Assembly (NCBI GenBank): GCA_964607485.1
Contig: CAZSKP010000014.1
Coordinates: 49,441-113,440, forward strand
From: an uncultured bacterium
Lineage (GTDB): Bacteria > Abyssobacteria > SURF-5
DNA: 64,000 nucleotides
Direction of reading: 5' to 3'
The translations under genes were made by a program, and so were the position numbers. Shown one piece after another: positions 7,860 through 16,768 of the stretch. Within the stretch, counting starts at the first letter, position 1. Each line of letters opens with the position of its first letter. The notes under the pieces were generated by a model that worked only from the letters and a program-made list of their open reading frames with translations, ran no database searches and was not told the DNA's origin.

Positions 7860-10800
7860 TCAGCTCGATTCATCCTGCGTCCTCGGGCTTGCATTCGAGC
7901 CGGGCGACAGCTCCTCTTTCCACTGCAGATACGTGCTGTAATACTGCAGGATTTCCGATTCACATCCAGAGTCAACGGACGTTCCCTCAGGCTCGATGAT
8001 CTCAATCGCTCCGGCGAATACCTCTCCACTGGAGCCGTTGATGCTGATGGCGTCCGTCTCCCCGAACGCAAGCGAATCGGCCTGCAAAATCCTCGCGTGC
8101 TCGTCGATGATCAGCCCCTGACACCCGGTGATGCACGGCTTGCCCATGCGACGAGAGTTGATTGCCGCGTGGGAGGTCATCCCGCCCTCTCGCGTGAGCA
8201 CGCCCTTCGAGGATGCAATCCCGCCGATGTCCCTTGGAGTCGTGCGGTTCGCTACCAGGATAATGTCCTCGCCTGCCTGGGTTCGGATGATGGCGTCCTC
8301 ACTGTTGAACGCGAGGTGGCCGGTGGCCACTCCCGGCGATGCGGGATTTCCCTTCGCAAGCAAATGTCTCGATGCGCTCGGGTCGAACATGGGGAGAAAA
8401 AGCTGTCTGAGGCCGGTCTCGTCGAGCCTCCCGACGGCTGTCTGCTGGTCAATGATACCTTCGTTGGCAAGCTCGACTGCAATTCTCAAAGCCGCCAAAT
8501 CCGTCCGCTTCGCCGGCCGCGTCTGGAGCAGATAGAGCGCATTCCCCTCGACCGTGAACTCGATGTCTTGCACGTCGCGCAAGTGCGCCTCGAGCTTGCG
8601 TGCCACCGCCTCGAGCTCGCGAAACGTTTCCGGAAAACGATGTTCCAGCGAGAAAGAGGGGTCTGTGCCATCGCGTGCCGAGCTCAGCGGCAGCGGTTCG
8701 CCGTGGCCGCACACCAGCACCTCGCCTTGTGAACGCGGCAGATACTCTCCGAAAATTTGGCGGTCTCCGGTTACGGGATTGCGCGAGAAGACTACTCCCG
8801 AGCACGATTCCGGGCAGAGGTTGCCAAACACCATCTGCTGGATGGTGGCCGCCGTGCAGAACTGGTGGGGGATGTTGAAAATCTGGCGGTAAGTGATGGC
8901 GCTGTCGCTCTGCCATGACAAGAATATCGCTCTGAGCGCCCCCATGAGCTGTTCTCGCGGGTCCTGCGGGAGGGGAGCGCCGATGGCGTCCGCAACTCTC
9001 TTCAACAGGGTCTTCACCATCCGTTTCATCTCTTCCGCGGACGCGCACGCCGGATTACTCTCGGCAAGAGCCGGCTCGCGCGTGTCGGAATAGCCCATGA
9101 CGGAGGAGGCGTACTTTGATATCAGCCTGAAATAGCACTCGTACGCAAACAGAGAGTCACCGGTGATATGGGCCAAACCTTCGACTGTTTCGTCGTTAAG
9201 CCCAATATTCAAGACGGTGTCCAACATCCCCGGCATTGAAACGCACGCGCCCGCCCGCACCGCCAGCAGAAGCGGCTTCTCCGGAGAGCCGAGCCTGCAC
9301 CCGGTGATTTCTTCCAGCTCCTCGATGCTCTCGGACAGGAGCTTCTGGGTGCGGTTACACAAGACATGGCCGTCGGAGAAGAACATGTTGCACACTTTCG
9401 ATGTGAGCGTAAACCCGGGAGGCACATTCAGCCCCAGCCGGGCCATTTCGGCAAGGAATGCGCCTTTCTCCCCCAGTATCGGGTAATGCGCCACCTGCCC
9501 CTCGGCTGCTCCCGGCCGGAAGAAATAGGCGAGTTTGGCCGGGTCAACCTTTTTAGAGATTGCGTCCAGGTCGCGCCTGATTCGGGCCACCTTAATGGCG
9601 GAGATTTCCCTGATGGGCGGATGACGCACGCGCTTCATGAACTCGGCGATGCGCGCGCGAGAGAAATTGAGCAGCCTCAGCGTAAGCTCGGAAAGATGTT
9701 GCAGCGTCGTCTCGCGGAATAGGCCGTCCACGAACGCGCTCGCCGCCTCGTCGGCGTGCGGAATCTGGCGTGACGAAAGAATTTCGCGCGTGGTATCGTA
9801 ATAGGTCTGAACGATCTTGTCCGTCGCCGCTCCTATCTCGGCGTTGATACGCTCGACGATCGAATAGACGGTATAGAAGTTGAGGTCGCTCGATTCCTTG
9901 AGCGCGAGGAGCTGCCTGCCGTAGTCTCTGATTTTCTTCGTGCACTGTCCCTTGGCGCGCACGCTCAAAATCATCGAATGCATCACATCGATGGCCAGCG
10001 GAAGCGCCTCGACCGTGATGTCGGCCAGAATCACATTGCTCGCCTCGCCGTAGATAATGTAGCCGAGACGTTCGAGTGTCAGGTCGAGCCAGATGGCCTC
10101 CAGCGTTACCTCGATTGTCCGCGTTTGAACCAGCGGATTCTTGATTGTGTCGCGCAGCGATATCCGCACCTCGCCGAGCATCAAGGCGGCGTTGAGGATG
10201 TCCCGCGCTCGCAGATACCCGATGAATCGCTCGAGCGATTCGAACAGATGGGGGAAGAAGAGAGAAACCGCCTCGCGCCGCCATGAATCGATGAGGGCAT
10301 GTATCTCCTCCGGCTCCTTTTTGTCTGCGCTTGTCAGCCCGGCCCTCAAGTTCTCGAAAAGTCGTTTGACATTGGGATTCTCTGCGTCGAGAATCGATTC
10401 TTCGAGCAGATTGACGAGAATCTCCACATTGGTTTCAATCAACGATCTGTTCCGCTTCTCGATACTGCCGAGGAGATACCGAAGCTGGCTGTTGACCCGG
10501 GGCGATACAATCTGCGAAATGTTGCTGAGGAGTTGGTATATGTCTTCTACCCGGTCTTCGATGTTCCCCGGATGGGGCTCAAAAACATTTGCGAGTTCCC
10601 TCTCCAGCTCTTTCAACAAGCCGAGTATCGGCTGGAATTTGTCGGGGCGGTACTGAAACACTTTCTGATACTTGTTTATTGCGGTCAGAGGCTCGGAGTC
10701 GGCGTTCTCCACATAGGCGAGGAGCGCTCGCACGAGGTCGAGGTTGCGCGGAGAGAGCTTGCTGTGGATTTCTCCCCTGATATCCTCGGTGATGGGGGAT

Positions 10801-11204
10801 GGGAACGCGTATTCTATCTCTTCGGCGAGCCCGCGCAACGCCCGAATCTCGTCTTGCGACGCGCCGAAGAAGGGCAGGCTCTTGACCAGTTGCCGCACGA
10901 GCAGATACATGTCGTCCGAGGACAGGTCTATGCACATCAGTTCTTCGAGCTTCTCGCGCATCTGCTTCGAGAGCGCAATGCTATCGGCCTTCTCGGCGAA
11001 GCCGCTGCCCCGGTAGCCGGCCAGGCTGCCCGTCTCAACGCGCAGATTCACGTTGAGCGCCTTGATGAGGTCGGTGCTGCCGAGCGGGTCGGAGACAATT
11101 CGCTCGATGCAGGCGAACACCTTCTCCCAGCTATTGATGGGCTCAAACTCTGATTCTTTGACCTCAACACTCATTCTGCCGTCAGATGCTCCCTCAGCGT
11201 TCAT
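7860..11204 (-). CDS. Atypical dikinase: glucan-water-dikinase-like N-terminal region + PPDK ATP-grasp + phospho-His swivel domain, no PEP/pyruvate barrel
   Basis: LGEKGAFLAEM..LGLNVPPGF, VRAGACVSMPGMLDTVLNIG, QQMVFGN, QDIEFTVE..LYLLQTR, GGMTSHAA. The protein stops just after the PPDK linker helix. Alternative start at 11174. Confidence 0.85.
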   Translation of the reverse strand: MNAEGASDGRMSVEVKESEFEPINSWEKVFACIERIVSDPLGSTDLIKALNVNLRVETGSLAGYRGSGFAEKADSIALSKQMREKLEELMCIDLSSDDMYLLVRQLVKSLPFFGASQDEIRALRGLAEEIEYAFPSPITEDIRGEIHSKLSPRNLDLVRALLAYVENADSEPLTAINKYQKVFQYRPDKFQPILGLLKELERELANVFEPHPGNIEDRVEDIYQLLSNISQIVSPRVNSQLRYLLGSIEKRNRSLIETNVEILVNLLEESILDAENPNVKRLFENLRAGLTSADKKEPEEIHALIDSWRREAVSLFFPHLFESLERFIGYLRARDILNAALMLGEVRISLRDTIKNPLVQTRTIEVTLEAIWLDLTLERLGYIIYGEASNVILADITVEALPLAIDVMHSMILSVRAKGQCTKKIRDYGRQLLALKESSDLNFYTVYSIVERINAEIGAATDKIVQTYYDTTREILSSRQIPHADEAASAFVDGLFRETTLQHLSELTLRLLNFSRARIAEFMKRVRHPPIREISAIKVARIRRDLDAISKKVDPAKLAYFFRPGAAEGQVAHYPILGEKGAFLAEMARLGLNVPPGFTLTSKVCNMFFSDGHVLCNRTQKLLSESIEELEEITGCRLGSPEKPLLLAVRAGACVSMPGMLDTVLNIGLNDETVEGLAHITGDSLFAYECYFRLISKYASSVMGYSDTREPALAESNPACASAEEMKRMVKTLLKRVADAIGAPLPQDPREQLMGALRAIFLSWQSDSAITYRQIFNIPHQFCTAATIQQMVFGNLCPESCSGVVFSRNPVTGDRQIFGEYLPRSQGEVLVCGHGEPLPLSSARDGTDPSFSLEHRFPETFRELEAVARKLEAHLRDVQDIEFTVEGNALYLLQTRPAKRTDLAALRIAVELANEGIIDQQTAVGRLDETGLRQLFLPMFDPSASRHLLAKGNPASPGVATGHLAFNSEDAIIRTQAGEDIILVANRTTPRDIGGIASSKGVLTREGGMTSHAAINSRRMGKPCITGCQGLIIDEHARILQADSLAFGETDAISINGSSGEVFAGAIEIIEPEGTSVDSGCESEILQYYSTYLQWKEELSPGSNASPRTQDESS

Positions 11205-14200
11205 CCAGCCCGTCGAGCGCCGACAGCGTCCGCGTCGCCAGATACTTCAAGGCCGCGCCGCCGCCCGTACACAAGGTAAACTTCTCCTTCGCCGCCTCGA
11301 TTCCGCCCATGCGACGATTCACGGCGGCAACTCCGTCGCCGCCGACCACGAGCTTTGCCTTGGCCGGGCACTGCGCGATGGCGTCCACAATCCAGTTTGT
11401 TCCCTCAGCGAATTGCTCCACTTCGTAGAGCCCGACGGTTCCGTTGTAGATGATCGTGCCTGCTTCAGCGAGAATGGCTTGAATCTCGCCCGCCGTCCTT
11501 GTGGCGGCGCCGTCGCTCGCGGCCGCAATATCAAACAGGTATGAACCGAAAGGAATGCTTTCCGCATCAAGAACGCGCGAAGACACTCGCAGGAGCGGCC
11601 TGAACTTGTCGGGCAGCTCGAAGGCAACGTGCACGTCCTTGGGAATCACGACCTTGACGTCGAATTCAGCCGCCAGCTCTATCAGCCTGTGGGCGGCCGC
11701 CACCTCGCGCTCGACCTCGAGCACGTCGGCACCCGAGAGCGAGTTGCCGGCCGACAGGCCGCTCGCAACGAGAAAGGCCGGGGATGCCGTCACAAATGTC
11801 TGAATGGCGCCATGGCGTATCATTGCTTCGACCGCGGGAATCTTTTCGCTTATCTTTACGCCGCTGACGAAAGCGACGACGGGCCGGCTGGCCTCGCGCA
11901 GTATTCCATCGAGAGTTTCAAGCTCGCTCCCCGTCAGCAAACCCAACACTTTATGCCCGTGGACGAGGTTCATCAGCGGCAGAAACGAGGCGTGAAGCCC
12001 GCGATGGGAGGCGCCGAACGCGCTGTTGACATAGTTAACCCGTCGCTGCGAGTCCGGGTCGAGATGGCCGAAGAGCGTGTCAAAAATGGCCTTCGCGAAA
12101 TGCCGATTGCCCGACTCCTCTCCTTCGTGGAAACGCAGATTCTCGAGATAGAGAACCTGACCGGGCCCGAGGCCGCGCGCGAGTGACGCTGTCTGGGCAT
12201 CGACGACGCCGGGCGCCATGAAGAAATCCCTCTCGGGAACAAGGACATTCCGGTCCCGCAGTATTTCGGCGAACCGCTGGCCTGCAATCCTCAAACTGAA
12301 CAGGTCAATGACTTGACCGTCCTCCGTCTGGAGGAACTGGAAATCTCTCTTGCGCCCATTGTGCGACATCACAATGACTCTCGCGTTTCGCTTGATGAGG
12401 TGCGCAATGTCGTCCGCGCTTGCAAATATCCGATGGTCATCGATGATTGAAGGTCTTATGGTGTTGGTGGCCGGGTCATAAAGCGGCTCCACGACGTTAT
12501 GGTCAACCCGTACCATCCAGTACATGCCGTCGAACGCTTCGTCAGGCAGGTCGAGAAGCGAGGATTTCTTTGAATAGGGACTCTCGGATTTCGGGGGCAC
12601 GTCGGGCACATAGGGAAATTGTGTGAAATCCTTCTGGTACGCCTTTTCCGCAGGCAGCATCACTTCTTCGAGGAATTCGACGTACATTTTCGACGGTCGC
12701 CACTCGTTTTCGTACCAGCCGATCAACTGGATGACGGTCATTGGCTCGCCGCTGGGAGCCACGAAATGGACGACCTCGACGTTCCTCTTACACAGCGTTA
12801 CGCCCGCCTCCGCAAGCTCTCGCAGCAGTCTGATTTGCGTTGAGCGGTCGATTTCCTTGTCCCTGAGGAACTGAAATCTCTGATGGTCGCCCTCGCGGCA
12901 TGCATCCTCCAGCACTTTGGCGGCAGCCTCGATATCATCAATCGTGTAATGTCCTCGGAGCACATAGGTGGGAGCCATGATGGAAACAGTTTCTATCGGG
13001 AACCGTATCGAGTACACCGGCGTGTGTGAAGTTCCCGCGGCGTCCACGAGAGCGGTGCTGGCGCTTGCGCCCGACGTCGTCTCGAAGATGTTTCCTGTCG
13101 CGTCGGTGCCGCGCCGTATGTCTTTCTTGTACTCTATCGGGTCGATTATGTCGGGGCCGACGTGCTCGCCGGTGAGCGCGTGATAGGTCGGCCCGATTCC
13201 CTCGAGCACCATTGCGCCGGCAACCTCGTAGAATCCGTTCCAGTCAAACCGGCCCTCCTCGGCGCCGCGGTGCATTGCCACCTCGACGAGACGGTTCAGA
13301 TTGGCCAGACATCCAGTCGTGCACGAGGCCGGGGAAAGAAAGTAATGCTTCGCGGGATCATACTTGTGGTCATTGATGTGCCTTATGAAGGTGGCATCGC
13401 GCCACTCGTCTTCCTTGCTCGAGCCGGGCGCGGTGATCATTGCCCGCAGGGCGCCGGCGCGCCTGTGGCGGTTGACGCCGTCCAAGTTGTTGAAGCGGCC
13501 AGTCGCATCTATGGCGACGTGTACAGGCATCCCGGCCAGTATGAAGCATTTCCACGGATAGTTCGCCGGGTCTCTGAATACCGGGTGGCTGAACACGAGC
13601 GATCGCTTCCCGTCCAGCTCAATCCAATCACGACCGTATTGAACGGTGCCCGGATAGCGACCCTGAACATAATCCTTCTCGTTCATCAGCTCGGCGAGGC
13701 GCTTGGCATCGGGGCCGCCCACCGCGATGACGCGCAGCGTGTCGCTCTTCGAGGCTATGCGGAACGTGCAGCTTCCCATGCGGCCGCCCGGAGCGTTGAT
13801 GGTGATGTTGTACACTCCCGGCAGTGAGGGATACAGTATCGAGTTCGGCCTGCTGATGGTCTGCCATCGCTGTCGCTGTCCATCATACTGGTCGATCGAC
13901 AGAAAGGTCACCCGGTCGAAGAGCTCCGTCTTCTCGTTGTAATCCAGGTGATGAACCCGGATGGTCGCCCGGAGCTTGTCGCCGTATTCGTATACATCAT
14001 GTATCAGTATTTCCCAGTCGTATTCGCGGCTGAGCCGGAGCGCGTATTTGCGAAGCGCATCGTAGTATCGCCCCATCACATGATGCACATTCTCAAGCGA
14101 CGCGGCGGTGAGCAGCGAAGTCGCGTACAGCTTGTGCCGGTTCTCGTGGAGCGCGACCATCGCGACAGCCTCTCCCGTCTCGTCACGCAAAACCTCCTGC

Positions 14201-16482
14201 AGGATGATAGGCTGCGACTCGAGGAAGAGCAGCCTCACAGCGTCCTCGGTCAATTCGCGGTCGGATACGCGGATCGTGCCCGTGCCCCCCATGGAGCCTG
14301 CGTACATGCGGGCTCGACGTTTCGTGGCGTGCGCCTGCGTTTTCTGTTCATACTTCCGGGCAAGACGCGGGATGTGACGCTTTGAAAAGTCGGTCTGTTG
14401 AGCGATGTCAAGCTTTGCCCAGTGACGGCTTGCCGCGGGCATACCCGGCGTGAATGTGTCAGCCCTCTCTCCGAGCTCTCGCTTAAGAGAATGGCCGGCG
14501 ATGAGGCGCAGCGCTTCCTCGACATCCGCCACAGCCTCGTCGAGGAAAAAGGCGATGCTCACCTGGGTGCCGGCATCGTTCTGGCTGACATAGACCTGGT
14601 TAGGGTCGAACATAATTCTGGAACTTCCGAAATTGAGATTCGAGGTCAACTGCACCCACCATTCGGGCAGGCTGAGCACTTCAAGTTCCTGCGCTTTCGC
14701 CTTGAAGAGCGAGATTATCCTCTCTCGCGAGAGCCTCGAATCGACCACCGCGTTCAAGCGGAGAAGCTTGCCGCGCGGAATATTCGTCTTGAATTCGTTA
14801 GTGGCGAGCAGCTTTGTATCATCACCGGCCAGCCCCAGCATCCTCGCCACACCGGCGAAGCGCTTCGGATTCTTCTTATGGATGACCTGGTACACTCCGG
14901 CTACTCTGTATGTTGGCTGGACAACTGCCGGTTCGTCATGCTTCTCGACAATATCGGCTCCCAGCACAAAGATCTTCCCCATCTCGGAAAGGGCGGATAT
15001 CCCGAGCGCATACGCAACTTCTTCGGCAGGCATGATGCCGAACGCGCTTCTTCCTTCAGGGTATTTCTCATTTAAGAGGGAGTGGACGGTCGCATCGTCA
15101 CTTGTCTGTGTCCGAGCGACAACAAGTTGTGCCCCTTCTTTACGAATACGCTCCAGTAACTGCGGCTCAATCTTACGAGCGTGATCTTCGCTGATGAGGA
15201 TATAGTCGATGCCCAAAGCCTTCCAGGGAAGGGACTCAAGAACGGCCGGCGCTTCGGTCAGGCTCCCGTGATACACACTGATGGCAGATTTCTGTTTGCC
15301 GATAGAAAGGAAGCCTTTCTCATCACCCTCGACCTCTTCATAGATTCCAAGCTGCGAGTTGTACTTCAGCCACTGCATAATGTCTTTGGCTTTCTGCCCG
15401 ACAAAGACCACTGCCTCCAGCTCATTGACATACGCGCTGCCGATCCTGCGCAGAGCGGCGATAATGTTCTGGTTGTATCCGACAACCGCAATCCGGCGCG
15501 GTGCGTTTCCGGGTGAGAGATGCGCCAAGATACGGGAACGAATGGCCGCAAGATGTCCGGCCTCGAGCTCGAGGAAGGGCGATTCCGAAAGTCTGAACAC
15601 ATCGTAGAATTCATTCATCCCCGGAACAAACTTCGCTAACTCATCCAGCGAGCGCTTCCTCTTTTCGGGATCCCTCTGAAAACGATCCAACTGAGCGAGA
15701 AGCCTGTCGATTTCGCGAACTTCCGTTACCGGCGCTATCCTCATCCCTCGTTGCTCAATCAGTGCACGAACCGCGTCAAGCGAGGGATGGCCCACCTCCT
15801 CCATAACGTATGCTTCCTCGGAAAGTTCGGGGGTTTGCTTCTCGACTCTTCTCGCCATCGCGGCGAGTGCACCCGACCGAGCCTGCATGTTAAACATGAA
15901 CGAAGCTGCTTCCGACAGAATTCCTTCAGGCACGTGTCGATGAACACTGGGACGATTGAAGTCGTCACAGAACTCGGCGAAAAGATGGTAAACGCCGTCT
16001 TCGCCGTCAAATATGTTCGTCCCGTATGCCGCCTTGAACTCCTCTGCAAGAGCTTCCTCCCCGATTCCTTCCCTCGCCATGAACTCCCGGAGCCCGGAGT
16101 GGAGAAGGGGAAAGAGTTGGAGGCGTCGCGCCATCCACTCGACACCTTCGTGAACGAGCGTCCGGTTCAATACGCGGCGGCGACGATGCTGAAAGCTTTC
16201 GTTCGAGTTTTGAGCGGTTATCTCTGAGCGACAGATCCATTCGAGGAAGGAGTACGTGTCGAGGACATCGGAATAGATGATTCCCTGATTGTCGGCGAGT
16301 GTCGCTATAGGGAATTGTTCGAGGGCTGGTGCGAGATCTATGTCTTGAAGCGCCGGGTCGGCGCGCGCAGCTGTCTCCACAAGTCGATGAATGTAAGTTG
16401 AAGAGGGCCGGTGCAAAATTATCGGTATCTGAGAGAAGCCTTCGGGACGGGCGAGAAGCTCGGGTGGGCTTGGCAAAAGCAT
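11194..16482 (-). CDS. Giant fusion: unknown domain + degenerate GAPDH + linker + divergent GAPDH + phosphoglycerate kinase
   Basis: GAPDH motifs IDATGRF, ASCTTGCLA, YHALT, TTSGA, WYENEW. PGK motifs RVDHNV, SHNGR, LENLRF, AFGASHR, TGGGAAL. Start set at ATG 16482 with GAGGAG RBS. Confidence 0.88.
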   Translation of the reverse strand: MLLPSPPELLARPEGFSQIPIILHRPSSTYIHRLVETAARADPALQDIDLAPALEQFPIATLADNQGIIYSDVLDTYSFLEWICRSEITAQNSNESFQHRRRRVLNRTLVHEGVEWMARRLQLFPLLHSGLREFMAREGIGEEALAEEFKAAYGTNIFDGEDGVYHLFAEFCDDFNRPSVHRHVPEGILSEAASFMFNMQARSGALAAMARRVEKQTPELSEEAYVMEEVGHPSLDAVRALIEQRGMRIAPVTEVREIDRLLAQLDRFQRDPEKRKRSLDELAKFVPGMNEFYDVFRLSESPFLELEAGHLAAIRSRILAHLSPGNAPRRIAVVGYNQNIIAALRRIGSAYVNELEAVVFVGQKAKDIMQWLKYNSQLGIYEEVEGDEKGFLSIGKQKSAISVYHGSLTEAPAVLESLPWKALGIDYILISEDHARKIEPQLLERIRKEGAQLVVARTQTSDDATVHSLLNEKYPEGRSAFGIMPAEEVAYALGISALSEMGKIFVLGADIVEKHDEPAVVQPTYRVAGVYQVIHKKNPKRFAGVARMLGLAGDDTKLLATNEFKTNIPRGKLLRLNAVVDSRLSRERIISLFKAKAQELEVLSLPEWWVQLTSNLNFGSSRIMFDPNQVYVSQNDAGTQVSIAFFLDEAVADVEEALRLIAGHSLKRELGERADTFTPGMPAASRHWAKLDIAQQTDFSKRHIPRLARKYEQKTQAHATKRRARMYAGSMGGTGTIRVSDRELTEDAVRLLFLESQPIILQEVLRDETGEAVAMVALHENRHKLYATSLLTAASLENVHHVMGRYYDALRKYALRLSREYDWEILIHDVYEYGDKLRATIRVHHLDYNEKTELFDRVTFLSIDQYDGQRQRWQTISRPNSILYPSLPGVYNITINAPGGRMGSCTFRIASKSDTLRVIAVGGPDAKRLAELMNEKDYVQGRYPGTVQYGRDWIELDGKRSLVFSHPVFRDPANYPWKCFILAGMPVHVAIDATGRFNNLDGVNRHRRAGALRAMITAPGSSKEDEWRDATFIRHINDHKYDPAKHYFLSPASCTTGCLANLNRLVEVAMHRGAEEGRFDWNGFYEVAGAMVLEGIGPTYHALTGEHVGPDIIDPIEYKKDIRRGTDATGNIFETTSGASASTALVDAAGTSHTPVYSIRFPIETVSIMAPTYVLRGHYTIDDIEAAAKVLEDACREGDHQRFQFLRDKEIDRSTQIRLLRELAEAGVTLCKRNVEVVHFVAPSGEPMTVIQLIGWYENEWRPSKMYVEFLEEVMLPAEKAYQKDFTQFPYVPDVPPKSESPYSKKSSLLDLPDEAFDGMYWMVRVDHNVVEPLYDPATNTIRPSIIDDHRIFASADDIAHLIKRNARVIVMSHNGRKRDFQFLQTEDGQVIDLFSLRIAGQRFAEILRDRNVLVPERDFFMAPGVVDAQTASLARGLGPGQVLYLENLRFHEGEESGNRHFAKAIFDTLFGHLDPDSQRRVNYVNSAFGASHRGLHASFLPLMNLVHGHKVLGLLTGSELETLDGILREASRPVVAFVSGVKISEKIPAVEAMIRHGAIQTFVTASPAFLVASGLSAGNSLSGADVLEVEREVAAAHRLIELAAEFDVKVVIPKDVHVAFELPDKFRPLLRVSSRVLDAESIPFGSYLFDIAAASDGAATRTAGEIQAILAEAGTIIYNGTVGLYEVEQFAEGTNWIVDAIAQCPAKAKLVVGGDGVAAVNRRMGGIEAAKEKFTLCTGGGAALKYLATRTLSALDGLDER

Positions 16483-16589
16483 AATCGCGCTCCTCAGATG
16501 TAACACGCCTATACTTTTGGCAGCACAATACTTATGCAATCCGCGTCACAACCTGAAAGGTGGGAGCGAACAGAATTCAGCCTACGGTA

Positions 16590-16618
16590 ATTTTACCCTC
16601 ATTTCCGAGAATAGTCAA
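16590..16618 (-). promoter_or_regulatory. Sigma-70 promoter for the GAPDH-PGK/dikinase operon
   Basis: TTGACT-N17-TAAAAT on the minus strand, about 110 nt before the start. Confidence 0.6.
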
Positions 16619-16768
16619 CGGCGGGCCGGCGACAGGCTTATGGTGTGGAGGGTACTTGACTTGTGAAGGGACTCCTCTCATTGTGGCACTGTTTTTCAGG
16701 AGGCAAGTCACCCCACTGAGGAGGGTAAACGTTGCACCTGTTGCTGGATTAGACTGAGCTCGTCACGA

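Noticed and set aside
7860-11204. Canonical ppdK, or a simple pseudogene
   Set aside because: The pyruvate-binding barrel is missing, yet the ORF is intact with conserved catalytic motifs and a large extra domain.
16650-16715. Possible riboswitch or ncRNA (TGACTTG...CAAGTCA inverted repeat)
   Set aside because: Only a short stem with a long loop and no recognisable family motif.
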